From: Haliotis rufescens
Taxonomy: Eukaryota
Reading direction: 5' to 3'
DNA length: 64,000 nucleotides
NCBI RefSeq assembly: GCF_023055435.1
Contig: NW_025963857.1
Span: 23,808,001 to 23,872,000 of the forward strand
This document shows positions 26,240-39,349 of this stretch, piece after piece; positions within the stretch are counted from its first letter, which is position 1, and each line of letters begins with the position of its first letter. A program made the position numbers and the translations under genes. The notes under the pieces are model-generated. The model saw only the letters and a program-made list of their open reading frames with translations. It did no database searches and was not told where the DNA came from.

Positions 26240-27850
26240 AGCGTGTTACATGAAGATCAACTTACATTGTCACACAACAGTCATATCACGTGTGCTACAT
26301 GGAGATCAACTTACATTGTCACACAACAGTCATATCACGTGTGCTACATTGAGATCAAGTCACATTGTCATACAACAGTCATATCACGTGTGCTACATGG
26401 AGATCAAGTTACATTGTCACACAACAGTCATATCACGTGTGCTACATGGAGATCAACTTACATTGTCACACAACAGTCATATCACGTGGGCTACATTGAG
26501 ATCAAGTTACATTGTCACACAACAGTCATATCACGTGTGCTACATGGAGATCAAGTTACATTGTCACACAACAGTCATATCACGTGTGCTACATTGAGAT
26601 CAAGTTACATTGTCACACAACAGTCATATCACGTGTGCTACATGAAGATCAAGTTACATTGTCACACAACAGTCATATCACGCGTGCTACATGGAGATCA
26701 AGTTACATTGTCACACTACATTTATATCACGTGTGCTATATGAAGATCAACTTACATTGTCACACAACAGTCATATCACGTGTGCTACATTGAGATCAAG
26801 TTACATTGTCACACAACAGTCATATCACGCGTGCTACATGAAGATCAACTAACATTGTCACACAACAGTCATATCACGCGTGCTACATTGAGATCAAGTT
26901 ACATTGTCACACAACAGTCATATCACGTGTGCTACATTGAGATCAAGTTACATTGTCACACAACAGTCATATCACGCGTGCTACATGGAGATCAAGTTAC
27001 ATTGTCACACAACATTTATATCACGTGTGCTACATTGAGATCAAGTTACATTGTCACACAACAGTCATATCACGCGTGCTACATGGAGATCAAGTTACAT
27101 TGTCACACAACAGTCATATCACGTGTGCTACATTGAGATCAAGTTACATTGTCACACAACAGTCATATCACGCGTGCTACATGGAGATCAAGTTACATTG
27201 TCACACAACATTTATATCACGTGTGCTACATTGAGATCAAGTTACATTGTCACACAACAGTCATATCACGTGTGCTACATGGAGATCAAGTTACATTGTC
27301 ACACAACAGTCATATCACGTGTGCTACATGGAGATCAAGTTACATTGTCACACAACAGTCATATCACGTGTGCTACATGAAGATCAACTAACATTGTCAC
27401 ACAACAGTCATATCACGTGTGCTACATGGAGATCAAGTTACATTGTCACACAACAGTCATATCACGTGTGCTACATGGAGATCAACTTACATTGTCACAC
27501 TACAGTCATATCACGTGTGCTACATGGAGATTAAACTACATTGTCACACTACAGTCATATCACGTGTGCTACATGGAGATCAACTTACATTGTCACAATA
27601 CATTTATATCACGTGTGCTGCATGGAGATCGAGTTAAATTGTCACAATGTGACATGAAGAAAAGAAAATTGATTGTCATCATACACACTGTATCTTCATA
27701 TTACCGGTGCACAGAAGATCTAGCTATATTGTATAACATGATTATATCACGTGTTACATTAAGATCAAGTTACATTGTCATAATACAGTTATATAACGTG
27801 TGCTACATTGAGATCAAGTTACATTGTAAAAATACAGTTATACCATGTGT
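26240..27850. repeat. 49-bp minisatellite (~30 units) containing CACGTG
   Basis: Unit GAGATCAAGTTACATTGTCACACAACAGTCATATCACGTGTGCTACATG. Confidence 0.95.
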
Positions 27851-28751
27851 TTTACACGAGACGTTTGGGCCGACTGCAAAATCGTATGACTAGCGTCTGT
27901 ATACCTATATACACACCAAATGTGTATATATTCCGTTTTGGCTTTAAGTGAGTGAGTGAGTTTGGTTTAGCGCCGCTTTTAACAGTATTCCAGTCATATC
28001 ACGGCGTGTCAGCTTAATGTGGGAGGAAAGCTCCAAGTGATGCAGGTCTTAGACGTTTACCACTTCGATGAAACCCAGGAGCACATGTATTGTGCTGACA
28101 AACCTAGAAACATAATCAGGGCGAACCGGGATTCGAACCAACAATCATAGGTTTCTGGCGAGCCCAAAGGACGCAACTCTGCACAGCGCATTGCGGCGCC
28201 TTAGACGACTTGGCCACCCGCGCCTGTTTTGGATTTAAACTCATTCCGAAACATGTTTAGATCTTAACATTTCTCTTATATGTTTACTTTCTAACATATA
28301 TATTACAGTGTACACGTATTATATTTGCATTTTTAACACGTATTATAAGTGTCCAAATAAATCCCCCTTGCTATTGAATACTGAAATCCCTGCATAATCG
28401 TATGACTAGCGTCTGTACACCTGTATACCTGTAGTGAGTGAGTGAATATGGCTTTACGACGCTTTTAGCAATATTCCAGCAATATCACGGCGGGGGACAC
28501 CAGAAATGGGCTTCACACATTGTACCCATGTCGGGAATCGAACCCGGGTTTTCGGCGTGACGAGCGAACGCTTTAACCACTAGGCTACCCGACCGCCCCC
28601 TGTATACCTGTACCGTCAACTATCACGGAAATGTTGCACCGCGCATCACCCTGATGTCATGAATACAGGTGATCCACACTTGCCCTTTGTCTCATGACTG
28701 CGATTGTGATTGAGCCGCGTGGCCCAGTTATCTCTTGCCTCTGTGTCGACC

Positions 28752-31700
28752 ATGGCTTCTTGCTGTGTAGTTTCCCTGCTGTGTGCGATATTCCTTTCTA
28801 CAGCGTTCGTCTGTGACGGAGAGAAACCCAAACAGGGTACGTACATATGTCGTGTCTATATTCAGTCTATTTCGTGCCCATCGCCTTCAATATGGAGTGC
28901 TGGGACCTGTTCTGCCTAGATATACACATAGTATATATGTTAATGGTCACATCACATCACCATCTTCATCACTTTGTTTGATAACTGACACTGAATCAGA
29001 GAAGAATGAGTACCCAAAACATTGTTTGATGCGAGAGCCGAGTAAATTAGACCAGGTGGTCTGATGCGGTAATGGCGTGACTTCGCATATTTACAGGTCA
29101 CCGTTATATTGCTAGTATGTCATGTGATCAACGTACAGTCACCACTCACTAGATAACGATGATTATTGATGAACCTGTACGTATACAGTGTACAGGCAGA
29201 GATTTCCAGTATATTGGTTGTGGTTCTACAATGATCTATTGAATTCAATCATATATCCTAAACCCATGCGGCCAAGAGAGTGAGTGTTCGAAAAGGAGGA
29301 TTTCTTACTTGACCTTCCCTTGCATGTGTTTGTGGTGGTTGCAACCGGTAGGACAGCATACGCTCACCTTTACGCGAATATTTGTGTCATCACTATTTGA
29401 TAGTAGAGATCATAAACATATGATTATGGAATTGTCACAATGGAGGGGATTTCTTATAGTAATGGGAAGGGTTTGTCTCTTTTACTGATAAAAAAGAGAA
29501 GTTCTTAATCACTTAATGATAAGTAAATACAGATACGATGATTTGAATAAAATTGTCCTATCCGTGCATTTCAAGCACGATATATGTTCGGTTTACATAT
29601 TGCATAAGATAGGAATATGGAAGAGAATTGCAAAACATGCAGAATCACGTTATCACTTGAAAACAAATGCGACATCAAGATCAATGCTAGAATGACTGCA
29701 TGCATTGATACTGCAGTTATGTCATGACTGAGCACATGAATTTGGACATTAGAAATCTAGCTATTTGATTTGCTGGTCGCCGTGGGTCTTTTAAAGAAAA
29801 CATACTAGTCGTCAGACCGGTCAGTACATACATCTTGATGGCATAGTGTTTGACGTTACGTCACTTACTTTTAACGTCACATTTGACCCATAGTGCACGT
29901 TGAATGACCACACTGTGAGTCCGACGGCGTACACCGTTTAGATCTTAATGTCAAGGAAACGTATTTCACCAAGCATTGGACTTCTAACGTGTGAACTCTT
30001 GTATACAAGATCATTCAGCTTTTACAATCTCGTAGTCCTGGTAGCATCTTCCCGAGGCAAGAGAGTTAACTGACTATAAAAGTCCAGTTTCAACTCTTGC
30101 CGAACAAGGCTGGTATTATGGACTTACATTTTGGCTGGACTAACGAGACTATGCTTAATCCAATCAAAATCGCGCACCGAAATCGAAATCCGGTTCGTAA
30201 ACTGTCGAGCAGATTTCGATCGATTGCAGGATTTGCAAAGCATGTGCACCGCCAACTCGTTGTCAGCAGATATTTTCAAAATCTTTTCATGTTTTTAATC
30301 AAGGTGCTCACGTGATTTGATGCATTTCGCGATGTAAGACCCGTTTTATCACAATATAGATCTTGATTATCGATCAGATCGTCTTGTCTTGGCGCCACCA
30401 TTTTGTGTGAAGCAAACGCAAGTGATACGAGAGGTGGAAACTGATTGGTCCATAGGAGGCTTAGAAAGGACATAACTGGTAATAGCCACTGGTGGCGCTA
30501 CGATCGAGCCTAGTAATTCCAGCCTTGTTCGGATAGGGTGGAAACTGGACTTTTAAAGTCAGTTAACTCTCTTGCCTCCGGAAGATGTCCTGGAAGTGAC
30601 ACATGCACTTGTACATATGACACATGTACATGACTCGTAACTCGTAGTCCGATCAAGAACACATGTTCCTTTCTCTTGCCTATTACTGAGATAATATATT
30701 CTTGAAAATACAATGTAGTTGTGAAACTTGTATGTTTCTACAGAGGTGCTGGAGGCAAACTGCAATAACAACATCAACTTTCTAGGGAGCGTGGTCCTAC
30801 TTGTATCAAATCTGACGTCAGTGCAGCAGTGTAATCTTATTATTCAAAGCACCATCGCCAACAACAGACTCCTCATCGACATCACAAAATTAGACCTCGT
30901 CGACAACTGCACGGACACCAAACTCGACATCATCGACGACACCGGAAGTAGCATAGCAGGTATCACAGCGAGGTCCATTCTTCATTTAAGGAAACGGTTT
31001 TGTCGCTCTTACATATGTTTAGGTATAAGACCAGTTGGAAACATATTCGATCGGACCGATCATTTGATATCGTGGGGGCCTGGGAATACATTTTAGAAGC
31101 ACGAGACTTTAACGGCAACTACTTCAAAACGTACAAATATTCTTTCTAAAAGGAGGTTCCGAATATTCATAGATGCATGCATAGATACATGCAAGTCGGA
31201 ATCTATGAATTCTGCTTCTGGCAGAGGTTTTTTGTCATTATGGTTTTGTTGTTTATGTTTTAACAACATATTTTTCATAACATCGTGCATGCCCAGCGAA
31301 CATTTACTTTTTATATAATCAACTGCTGATTGAGAAACATGGAAGAGTTTATGGATGTCAACTTCTTTATGACGAGGAACACAAAGTTTCGGAGTATATT
31401 CTTACTCCTTCATCAGGTGAAACGTTGTGTGCCTCATAATAAAGAAGTTGACATCCGTAAATTATCCTCCTTATGTGTATCACTTCCAAATGCCATTCTG
31501 GGGGTACGGGGGGCCAGTCGTCTAAGGCGCCGCGATTCGCTGTGCAGACTTGCGTCCCTTGGGCACGCCAGAAACCTATGATTTGTGGGTTTGAATCCCG
31601 GTTCGCCCCGATTATGTTTCTAGATTTGTCAGCACCATACCCTCGTGGGATACACCGAAGTTGTAATGGTCTGAGACCTGCATCACTTCGGGCTTTCCTC

Positions 31701-33476
31701 CCACATTAAGCTGACACGCCGTGATATACCTGGAATACTGTTCAAAGCAGCGTTAAACCCAACTCACTCACACTAAATGCCATTCAAAGACATGGAAGAG
31801 TTATTTTCACTTTAACATCTTATCGTTCAGGACCCTTGTGTGAAGAGGAGAACGCAACAGTGTTTAGAGCAGAGAGCAACGTCGCTCAGTTCCAGTACAG
31901 AACCAGCTCTCCGAACACAGCGGGGAAAAAATTGTCTGTCATCATCACTTCATTCAACCTGGGAATAAATGGTAACTATTTACGCCATGATGATTTTCTT
32001 GCTATTGTTAAGTAAGTTAACACTTAATCAAGCATTGCTTCATGAAACATACGACTAACAGGTTAACTAGGAGATCACAGTAAACATGGGGAGCACGGGT
32101 GGCCAAGTCGTCTAAGGCGCCGCGATTCCCTGTGCAGAGTTGCGTCCCTTGGGCACGCCAGAAACCTATGATTGTGGGTTCGAATCCCGGTTCGCCCCGA
32201 TTATGTTTCTAGGTTTGTCAGCACCATACCCGTGCTCGTGGGTTTCACCGAAGTGGTAAATGTCTGAGACCTGCATCACTTCGGGTTTTCCTCCCACATT
32301 AGGCTGACACGCCGTGATATAACTGGAATACTGTTAAAAGCGGCGTTAAACCAAACTCACTCACTCACAGTAAAAATGATAAGCAACGAGACTGTTCAGT
32401 AATAATTTTAGCCAGTATTGCTACCTGGAGTGGTACTAAATATATCATTCATTAATTTATGAAACATTTAGAAGTTAACTTTATTTCTGAAGTAACAATA
32501 AATCCCTTGTCATAAATAGCATGTAAGTTTTAGTTGTGTCACCCCGATTATGTTTCTAGGTTTGTCAGCACCATACCCTTGCTCGTGGGTTTCGCCGAAG
32601 TGGTAAAGGTCTGAGACCTGCATCACTTCGGTCTTTCCTCCCTCATATAAGCTGACACGCCGCGATATAACTGGAATACTGTTAAAAGCAGCGTTAAACC
32701 CAACTCACTCACTCACTCACTAGTTGTATCACGGTTATTCAGGCAACAGACGAGTAAGAGAGATTTACGTACTTCGCCAATCCTGTTATGTCAATACCAC
32801 GATTTTTCTGCAATGTCTCTACCTTTACCTCGTACCCGGGAAGATCCGGGTTAGAACAGGTCTATAGCAACTCAGGGGGCACGGGTGGCCCAGTCGTCTA
32901 AGGCGCCGCGATTCGCTGTGCAGAGTTGCGTCCCCTGGACACGCCAGAAAACCTATGATTGTGGGTTCGAATCCCGGTTCACCCCGATTATGTTTCTAGT
33001 TTTGTCAGCACCATACCCGTGCTCGTGGGTTTCACCGAAGTGGTAAACGTCTGAGACCTGCATCACTTCGGGCTTTCCTCCCACATTAAGCTGACACGCC
33101 GTGATATAATTGGAATACTGTTAAAAGCGGCGTTAAACCCAACTCACACACTCACTCACTATAGCAACTCATGCTTGGCGTGAGAGGCTACTAACGGGAT
33201 CGGGTGGTCAGGCTCGCTGACTTAGTTGATGCATGTCATTGTATCTCAATTGCGTGGATCGATGCTCATGATGTCAATCACTGGATTGTCTGGTCCTGAT
33301 TCGATTATTTACAGACCGTCATCATATACCTGGAATATAGCTGGGTGCGGCTTTAAACAACAAACACACAAGTAAACCTTCACCTAGTAGGGGGTTGAGT
33401 AGCCATTCGGCAATAACGTTGGCATGACAATCCGGGTTGGATTACCCACATGGGCACAATGTGTGAAGCGTGTCTC

Positions 33477-33512
<36 letters not shown>

Positions 33513-33910
33513 ACCCCATCGCGCACCCAACCCACACACCCGAGTAATATTCTTGGAATATTGCTAAAGCGGCATAACGAAGCACTCACTCTGCGACTTT
33601 ATCTATTGGTATATATATGCATGCACATTTCATAAAGTGTCTTGATGGGTTTTTTCCAGGAACATGTGCTTCGATTGAGTACCAGTGCGCCAACAAACTG
33701 TGCATACCCAAAGACTTATTGTGCAATGGATACAACGAGTGTTCTGATAACTCAGATGAGAATGACTGCAGCGGCCCCAATGGCACCCCTCCGGGAGAAA
33801 ACGTGGGACTTATAGTTGGTTTGACATTCGCTTGTTTGTTGGTGGTCGCAGTGGCAGCATTGTGTCTGATTAGGCGACTAAGGCGTCAGCAGGGATATGA
33901 CAGTGTTTAG
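28752..33910 (+). CDS. Cluster gene 3: signal peptide + CUB-like + LDLa + TM + YDSV tail, 230 aa; exons 28752-28836, 30744-30959, 31831-31971, 33660-33910
   Basis: Canonical splice sites, all phase 1, 693 nt in frame. MASCCVVSLLCAIFLS..; ANCNNN..QQCNLII..NRLLIDIT..DNCTDTKLDI; GPLCEE..SVIITSF; CASIEYQCANKLCIPKDLLCNGYNECSDNSDE; TM VGLIVGLTFACLLVVAVAALCLI. Confidence 0.87.
30045..30587. mobile_element. Non-autonomous DNA transposon (MITE) with ~70-bp TIRs and a 9-bp TSD, Mutator-like
   Basis: TIR CATCTTCC(C/G)GAGGCAAGAGAGTTAACTGAC...; flanks TCCTGGTAG / TCCTGGAAG. Confidence 0.85.
32875..33160 (+). mobile_element. SINE family A (tRNA-Leu-like head, ~270 bp, (CACT)n tail), representative copy. 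Others at ~1530-1787(-), 4307-4608, 4626-4895, 10476-10718(-), 14326-14602(-), 16291-16536, 23118-23316, 24489-24730(-), 27948-28224(-), 31500-31772, 32088-32367, 40534-40812, 46059-46343, 46480-46760(-), 55902-56176(-), 62075-62348(-)
   Basis: A-box TGGCCCAGTCGTCTAAGGCG and B-box GGGTTCGAATCCC; TSD CTATAGCAACTCA here and CTGTGACCGACCGA at ~14313/14602. Confidence 0.9.
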
Positions 33911-34049
33911 GGGGCAGGACGCTGACCCATTTCGCGAACACCTGGTGTCGTCACCGATTTTTAGTGGTCCATTCATATCATTGTCTCCGCTGTCTTGCAT
34001 TTTAGGCCCAGTGGAATCTGGGTTTTTTGTCAGATGGTCGATATTTCTA

Positions 34050-34594
34050 CATCTTCCGGAGGCAAGAGAGTTAACTGACTTTAATAGTCCAGTTTCCACC
34101 TTTGCCGAACTTGGCTGGAATTCCTGGGCTCGATCGTAGCGCCACCAGTTGTTATTATGAGTTTTATCCCTTCTAAGCCTCTCCTATGGACCAATCAGAT
34201 TCCGCCTCTCGTATCACTCGCATTTGCTTCAAACAAAACAGCGGCGCCCAGTCAAGACGATTTGATCGACAATCAAGGTCTATATTGTGATAAAACGGGT
34301 CTTACATCGCGAAATGCAGCAAATCACGTGAGCACCTTGATTCAAAACATGAAAAGATTAAGAAAATATCTGTTGACAAAGAGTTGGCGTTGCACATGCT
34401 TTGCAAATCCTGCAATCGACCGAAATCTGCTCGACAGTTTACGAACCGGATTTCGATTTCGTTGCGCGATTTTGATTCGACTATGCATAGACTCGTTAGT
34501 CCAGCCAAAATGTAACTCCATAATACCAGCCTAGTTCGGCAAGGGTGGAAACTGGACTTTTATTGTTAGTTTACTCTCTTGCTTCGGGAAGATG
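34050..34594. mobile_element. Second copy of the same MITE in opposite orientation, just after the gene 3 stop; a one-ended fragment also lies at ~473-564
   Basis: Same TIRs and internal sequence reversed; flanks ATATTTCTA / ATATTTCTT. Confidence 0.85.
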
Positions 34595-36840
34595 ATATTT
34601 CTTCGAACATGCCTTTTTCCAACCCGAACGGAGGGATACTCTAGCTTAAATAAAACAAGTGTTGTATGATATTTAAACCAGATAAACAGGGGTGGGGTGA
34701 GTTCATTTGAATAATTCTGACAGGGGTGAAGGGATTTCGGTATTGTGGTGAACATTATGGTTTGTGTAATTGATAGATAACATGCATAGAATAAATCCCA
34801 AATTACTTATCTTGTATTCGCCTAATCAGGTTTGGAGGAATAACGTTTTCGAAACTTGTCAACTTTTCAAATAAGAAGTGGATTGACAGACATGGACACA
34901 AGGTTCCAAACCTATACATTAAAAACCGGTTAAATTAAGTAGTTTTAGTTCAATTCCCTATTGACACGCACACGTGTTTCCACAAACTGACTGCATTAGT
35001 TCCACAGGCTCACTGTGTTAATTCCACAAGTAAACTGTATTATTCCACAAGTATAATGACATTTTGTTAAGTCCACAGGTGTGCTAATTCCACATGTATC
35101 AAGTTTCCACAAGTTTAAACCAGTATGATGACGCCACGGTATTGTTGTTGCAGATGGTTCTGAGCCTGGAATTCACTGGCCATTTTGAACATGCATTTTA
35201 AACAAGTTTTAACATTTAACCTGACGCAACGAGAGGGCATTATGAAACATTATAGAACTTTTATAACCATAACATGTTTGAAGTCAGAGACGTCACTCGA
35301 ATCATTTGATTCCGGAAGTAGAATCCTTCCGGAGATTGCCGATTCTAGTTCCGGAATCAACAGATTCATATGATTTCTCCCTTACGAACAGTGCTTTTCC
35401 CACAAGTATACTGTTTTAATTTCACATGCAAAACGTGACAATTCCACAAAAGTGCCACGTTAATTCCTCAAAGATTCGCGGAAGTGGCCCTGATAGGTGA
35501 CCGGAACTGTAACTCGATAAAGGGTAGGTAGGTGCCTGCAGTGGTGTATTGTCTTTCCTTGTACACTGAAACTGGTTCTCAAATCTATCAGCACAGTGAG
35601 CAATGTGATGATAGTTTCCGGGTTGGTTTTGAAGTGTGGGTGAATGTTTTCATACAGTGTACCTGGTTTTATTTGTTTTGGGATGTACTCGCGTCTTTTT
35701 ACTTCACATGTGGGGTAGAATAGGTCTTCAGCCAACCATGCATACCATAAAAGGCGACTATGCTTGTCGTAAAAGGTGACTAACGGGATCGGGTGGTCAG
35801 GCTCGCTGACTTGGTTGATGCAGGTCATCGATCCCAATTGCGTGGATCGATGCTCATGATATCAATCACTGGATTGTCTGGTCCAGACTCGATTATTTTA
35901 CAGACCGCCGTCATATAGCTGTAATATTGCTGAGTGCGGCGTAAAACAACAAACCAACCAACCAACAACTCCACATGTATAATATTGCAATAAAGGAAAT
36001 CGGTATGTGTCTGCTTAGTTTCCATTTGTCTTTGGGGGGGGTTCGAGGATACATTTGTTGGTGTGGTCAAAGCCACTGCAATTCGCTGTGCGGAGTATTG
36101 CCCCTCAGTTTGGAATCGCCAGCAGTGGGTTACATCGCCCGATCGAGTTTGATCCTTGGAATGAACGCACGTTATTTTATCACGACGCATTGCCATTATG
36201 ATCAACCCTAGTTTGTCATTTCCGATCAGTTGTATCATGTAGAAATGTTTTGACATTACATTTAGACTTGTAGTATGTCATATCAAATGTATTGTTGCTT
36301 CGTGACAGAAAGACGCAGGTCTTTAGGACATTTAAGCAAGAAGTTGGCACAAACTGTGGCCATCTCTCAGTTTTGTTTGTGTGTGTGCTGTTTAACGCCG
36401 CACTCAGCAATGTTCCAGCTATATGACGGCTGTCTGTAAAATAATCGAGTCTGTACCGTACAATCCAGTGATTTATATCATGAGCATCTTTCCACGCAAT
36501 TGGGATCGATGACATGTATCAACCAAGTCAGCGAGTATGACCACCCGATCCCGTTAGTCGCGTTTTACGACAAGCATATTCGCCTTTTGCGGCAAGTATG
36601 GGTTGCTGGAGACCTATTCTACCCCGGAATCTTCACGGGTCTCATCTCTAAGTTGGGCTGTTTCTTTATGCATATAAATTCGAATATCTACTCGGATTGG
36701 CAAAATAAATCAAGTGAATTTGGACAAGAAGATTAATTGAAGGTATATAGATGATCTGATGTCGTTCAGTAATAGTCAAATAGCCGATTCCCTTCGACTG
36801 ATTTGACCCACATGAATTAGAAATAAACGAGTCCAGTGAA

Positions 36841-37047
36841 GTAAGGATAAGAATTTATGGATGAACAACTTCTTTATAACAATTAAAGAGCGACGTTTTG
36901 TGTAGATTCTAACACCGTTATCAAGCGAGTGATAACGGTGTTAGAACCTACACCGAAACGTCGCTCTGAAATTGTAATAAAGAAGTTGTTCATCCATAAA
37001 TTCTTATCCTCACTTAGTACCCGAACTTCTAAATGCCTATCAAAGGA
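36841..37047. mobile_element. Palindromic Penelope-LTR-like insertion with a variant minimal hammerhead core
   Basis: ~85-bp inverted arms centred at ~36926; TGATAAC-GGTGT..ACACC-GAAACGTC followed by AATAAA; flanking duplication GAGTCCAGTGAA / GAGACCAGTGAA. Confidence 0.6.
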
Positions 37048-37094
37048 GAGACCAGTGAAACCACTTTATTTGTTTCATATATTGATTGAGTGAC

Positions 37095-37450
37095 AACAAA
37101 CTTCAACTTGTCAAAGGCAACTCTTATATGTTGAGCACTATTCCCGTAGCTCCAGCCTTTGGTGACTACAACTTCAACTTGTCAAAGTCAACTATTTTAT
37201 GTTGAGCACTATTCCCGTAGCTCCAGCCTTTGGTGACTACAACTTCAACTTGTCAAAGTCAACTTTTTTATGTTGAGCACTATTCCCGCAGCTCCAATCT
37301 TTGGTGTCTACAACTTCAACTTGTCAAAGGCAACTCTTTTATGTTGAGCACTAATCCCGTAGCTCCAGCCTTTGGTGTCTACATTTCACAACGTTTTGAA
37401 GTACTATCGGGCTTGCTCTTTCTATGAATATTTCAAAGAGCGTCATGCTC
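37095..37450 (+). repeat. 71-bp tandem repeat (x4) derived from a Penelope-like RT fragment
   Basis: Units at 37168 and 37239 among others; translates to ..STNPVAPAFGVYISQ.., matching the RT fragment at 17130. Confidence 0.75.
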
Positions 37451-39349
37451 TTGTTCAAACAAGGCGTTGTAATATTATATGATTATGTAATGTCATTGAT
37501 GACTTTTTATACGTAAACAGAAGATCATAATTATAGTGAAGAAGAAATGCGCTTACATTGTGTTAGAGATGACCAACGCTGAACGACAGGAATAATACAT
37601 GTCGCACGAACTGTATGCTGATTATAACCATCCGAGCGTACCGGGGAGAAAACTCACTGTATACCATTATGTATTTAGCGGTATGCCAGGGCACATAAGG
37701 CAAGAGTTCAGGACCCCTGAATATATGTGATGTCTGCAGGTTCTACGACACCAGATCAGAACCAGTGCAGATCGAGAGAAATATGCAGGCTGTGGTTGGA
37801 GGATATTTTGTAAGATTTTTATGTCTTTTAAATGTAAATTCATCCAGTTAATAAAACTGACCATGTTTTTTCTATATTTAGTACTGTTTTTTTCAACATT
37901 GTGATTTATGCTGAATGCGACCACAGATATTTTAAAGTAGGTGACATTTGGTGCGGAACTGGGGATTAGCATCCTGTACTCGGAAAAGGAGCAGGCTAAG
38001 CTTATCATTTTGTTTTGTTTTTATTGCTGCTCTAAGGCCAAACTGTGCACACACGTACAGGTAATAGCTATTGAATGCTTAGTCATTTTTTTTAAATATA
38101 AAGTTACTATAGAAGTCTATGGGAAAACATTTGGTTGTGTGTAACCTGCAGGAGCGTAGCTAGGAATAAATACAACTGTAGGCACAAAGTTGAATACCGT
38201 AAATGTGAGGTCGCGACGCTCGAGTTGAATAGGGGGCGGGGAAATTAGGGGTATTTCCTCCGCCACCCAAATATTTACTTTTATAGATAGTAGGATATGC
38301 AATTTACTGCTATTTATTTATTTATTACTTATTTATTACCACATCTTGAAACAAATATAACCAAACAAACAGGCTGTAAAAATATTTTTTCATTTTATAT
38401 TTATTATAGTTGGAAATTAATTTACATTATAACATATCATTTAATAATGTTCAGTTTCTGCATCAGTTTCCGTGGTGAAAAAATTAGATATCCTACAATT
38501 AGGAACAACGTTTATGTATTATTATAGGTACGTTTGGTAACCACTTATTTGGCTAGATTGACGATGTGATAGGAGAGTCACAGAAAAGTCTCCTGCTTGG
38601 GAAAGTCACGTTTTGACGAGTCCTATTCGAGACACAGATTAAATTATTTTCATGATATGACAATACTCCATTAATTTGTCTATGTTCATCTTCAATGAAG
38701 TCAAAGCATCTGTTCGCTTCAAACACTTTCCATGACTCTCTCAATGCTGGACCGCCTCCATTGTATAGTGGTAGACCGTCCGCCCGGAGAGCGGAAGGTC
38801 CGGGGTTCGATCCCCGGCCGCGTCATACTAAAAGACGTTAAAAGATGGTACTTGTTGTTACCCTGTCTGGCGCTCGGCATTAAGGGGCTAAAACAAGGAC
38901 TGTATACTTTGTCTGAGTGGGGTATTCATGTTAAACTGCGGCATGGTATCTCAGTGAGCTAGCACTATAAATCGGCATCAGTCCGGACTAGTACAAGCAG
39001 CCACACAAACACAAACACACACACGTACATGCACGTCGCTATATAAGTGCAATAATCTTGGACGCGACGTTAAACCCCATTTCACCTCACCTCACAATGC
39101 TCGCAGGAATGCCTTTGTGCACAAAATTATAGGGAAGATCATTCTCACTAGTTCACTGATATCTAGCCACAAACTTGCCCGAATAGAGAAAGGGCAGCAA
39201 AAACAAACTTTCAAATGGCGCATACACTTCTTCTTCTGTGACTCAAGTTCAATGAGACGTCGCATTAACAGCGTGTATGACCACCCCATGCTACAAAACA
39301 CACAAAAACTCTCCGGCGCACAAAGTAAGTCGTCTGATGACGTCACGTT

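Noticed and set aside
26186-27893. Many overlapping His/Cys-rich ORFs
   Set aside because: Translations of the 49-bp satellite in rotating frames.
33478-33510. Poly-C/G runs (also ~48372-48402 and ~60934-60959) giving poly-Pro/Gly ORFs
   Set aside because: Homopolymer expansions inside repeats or introns, with unreliable lengths; non-coding.
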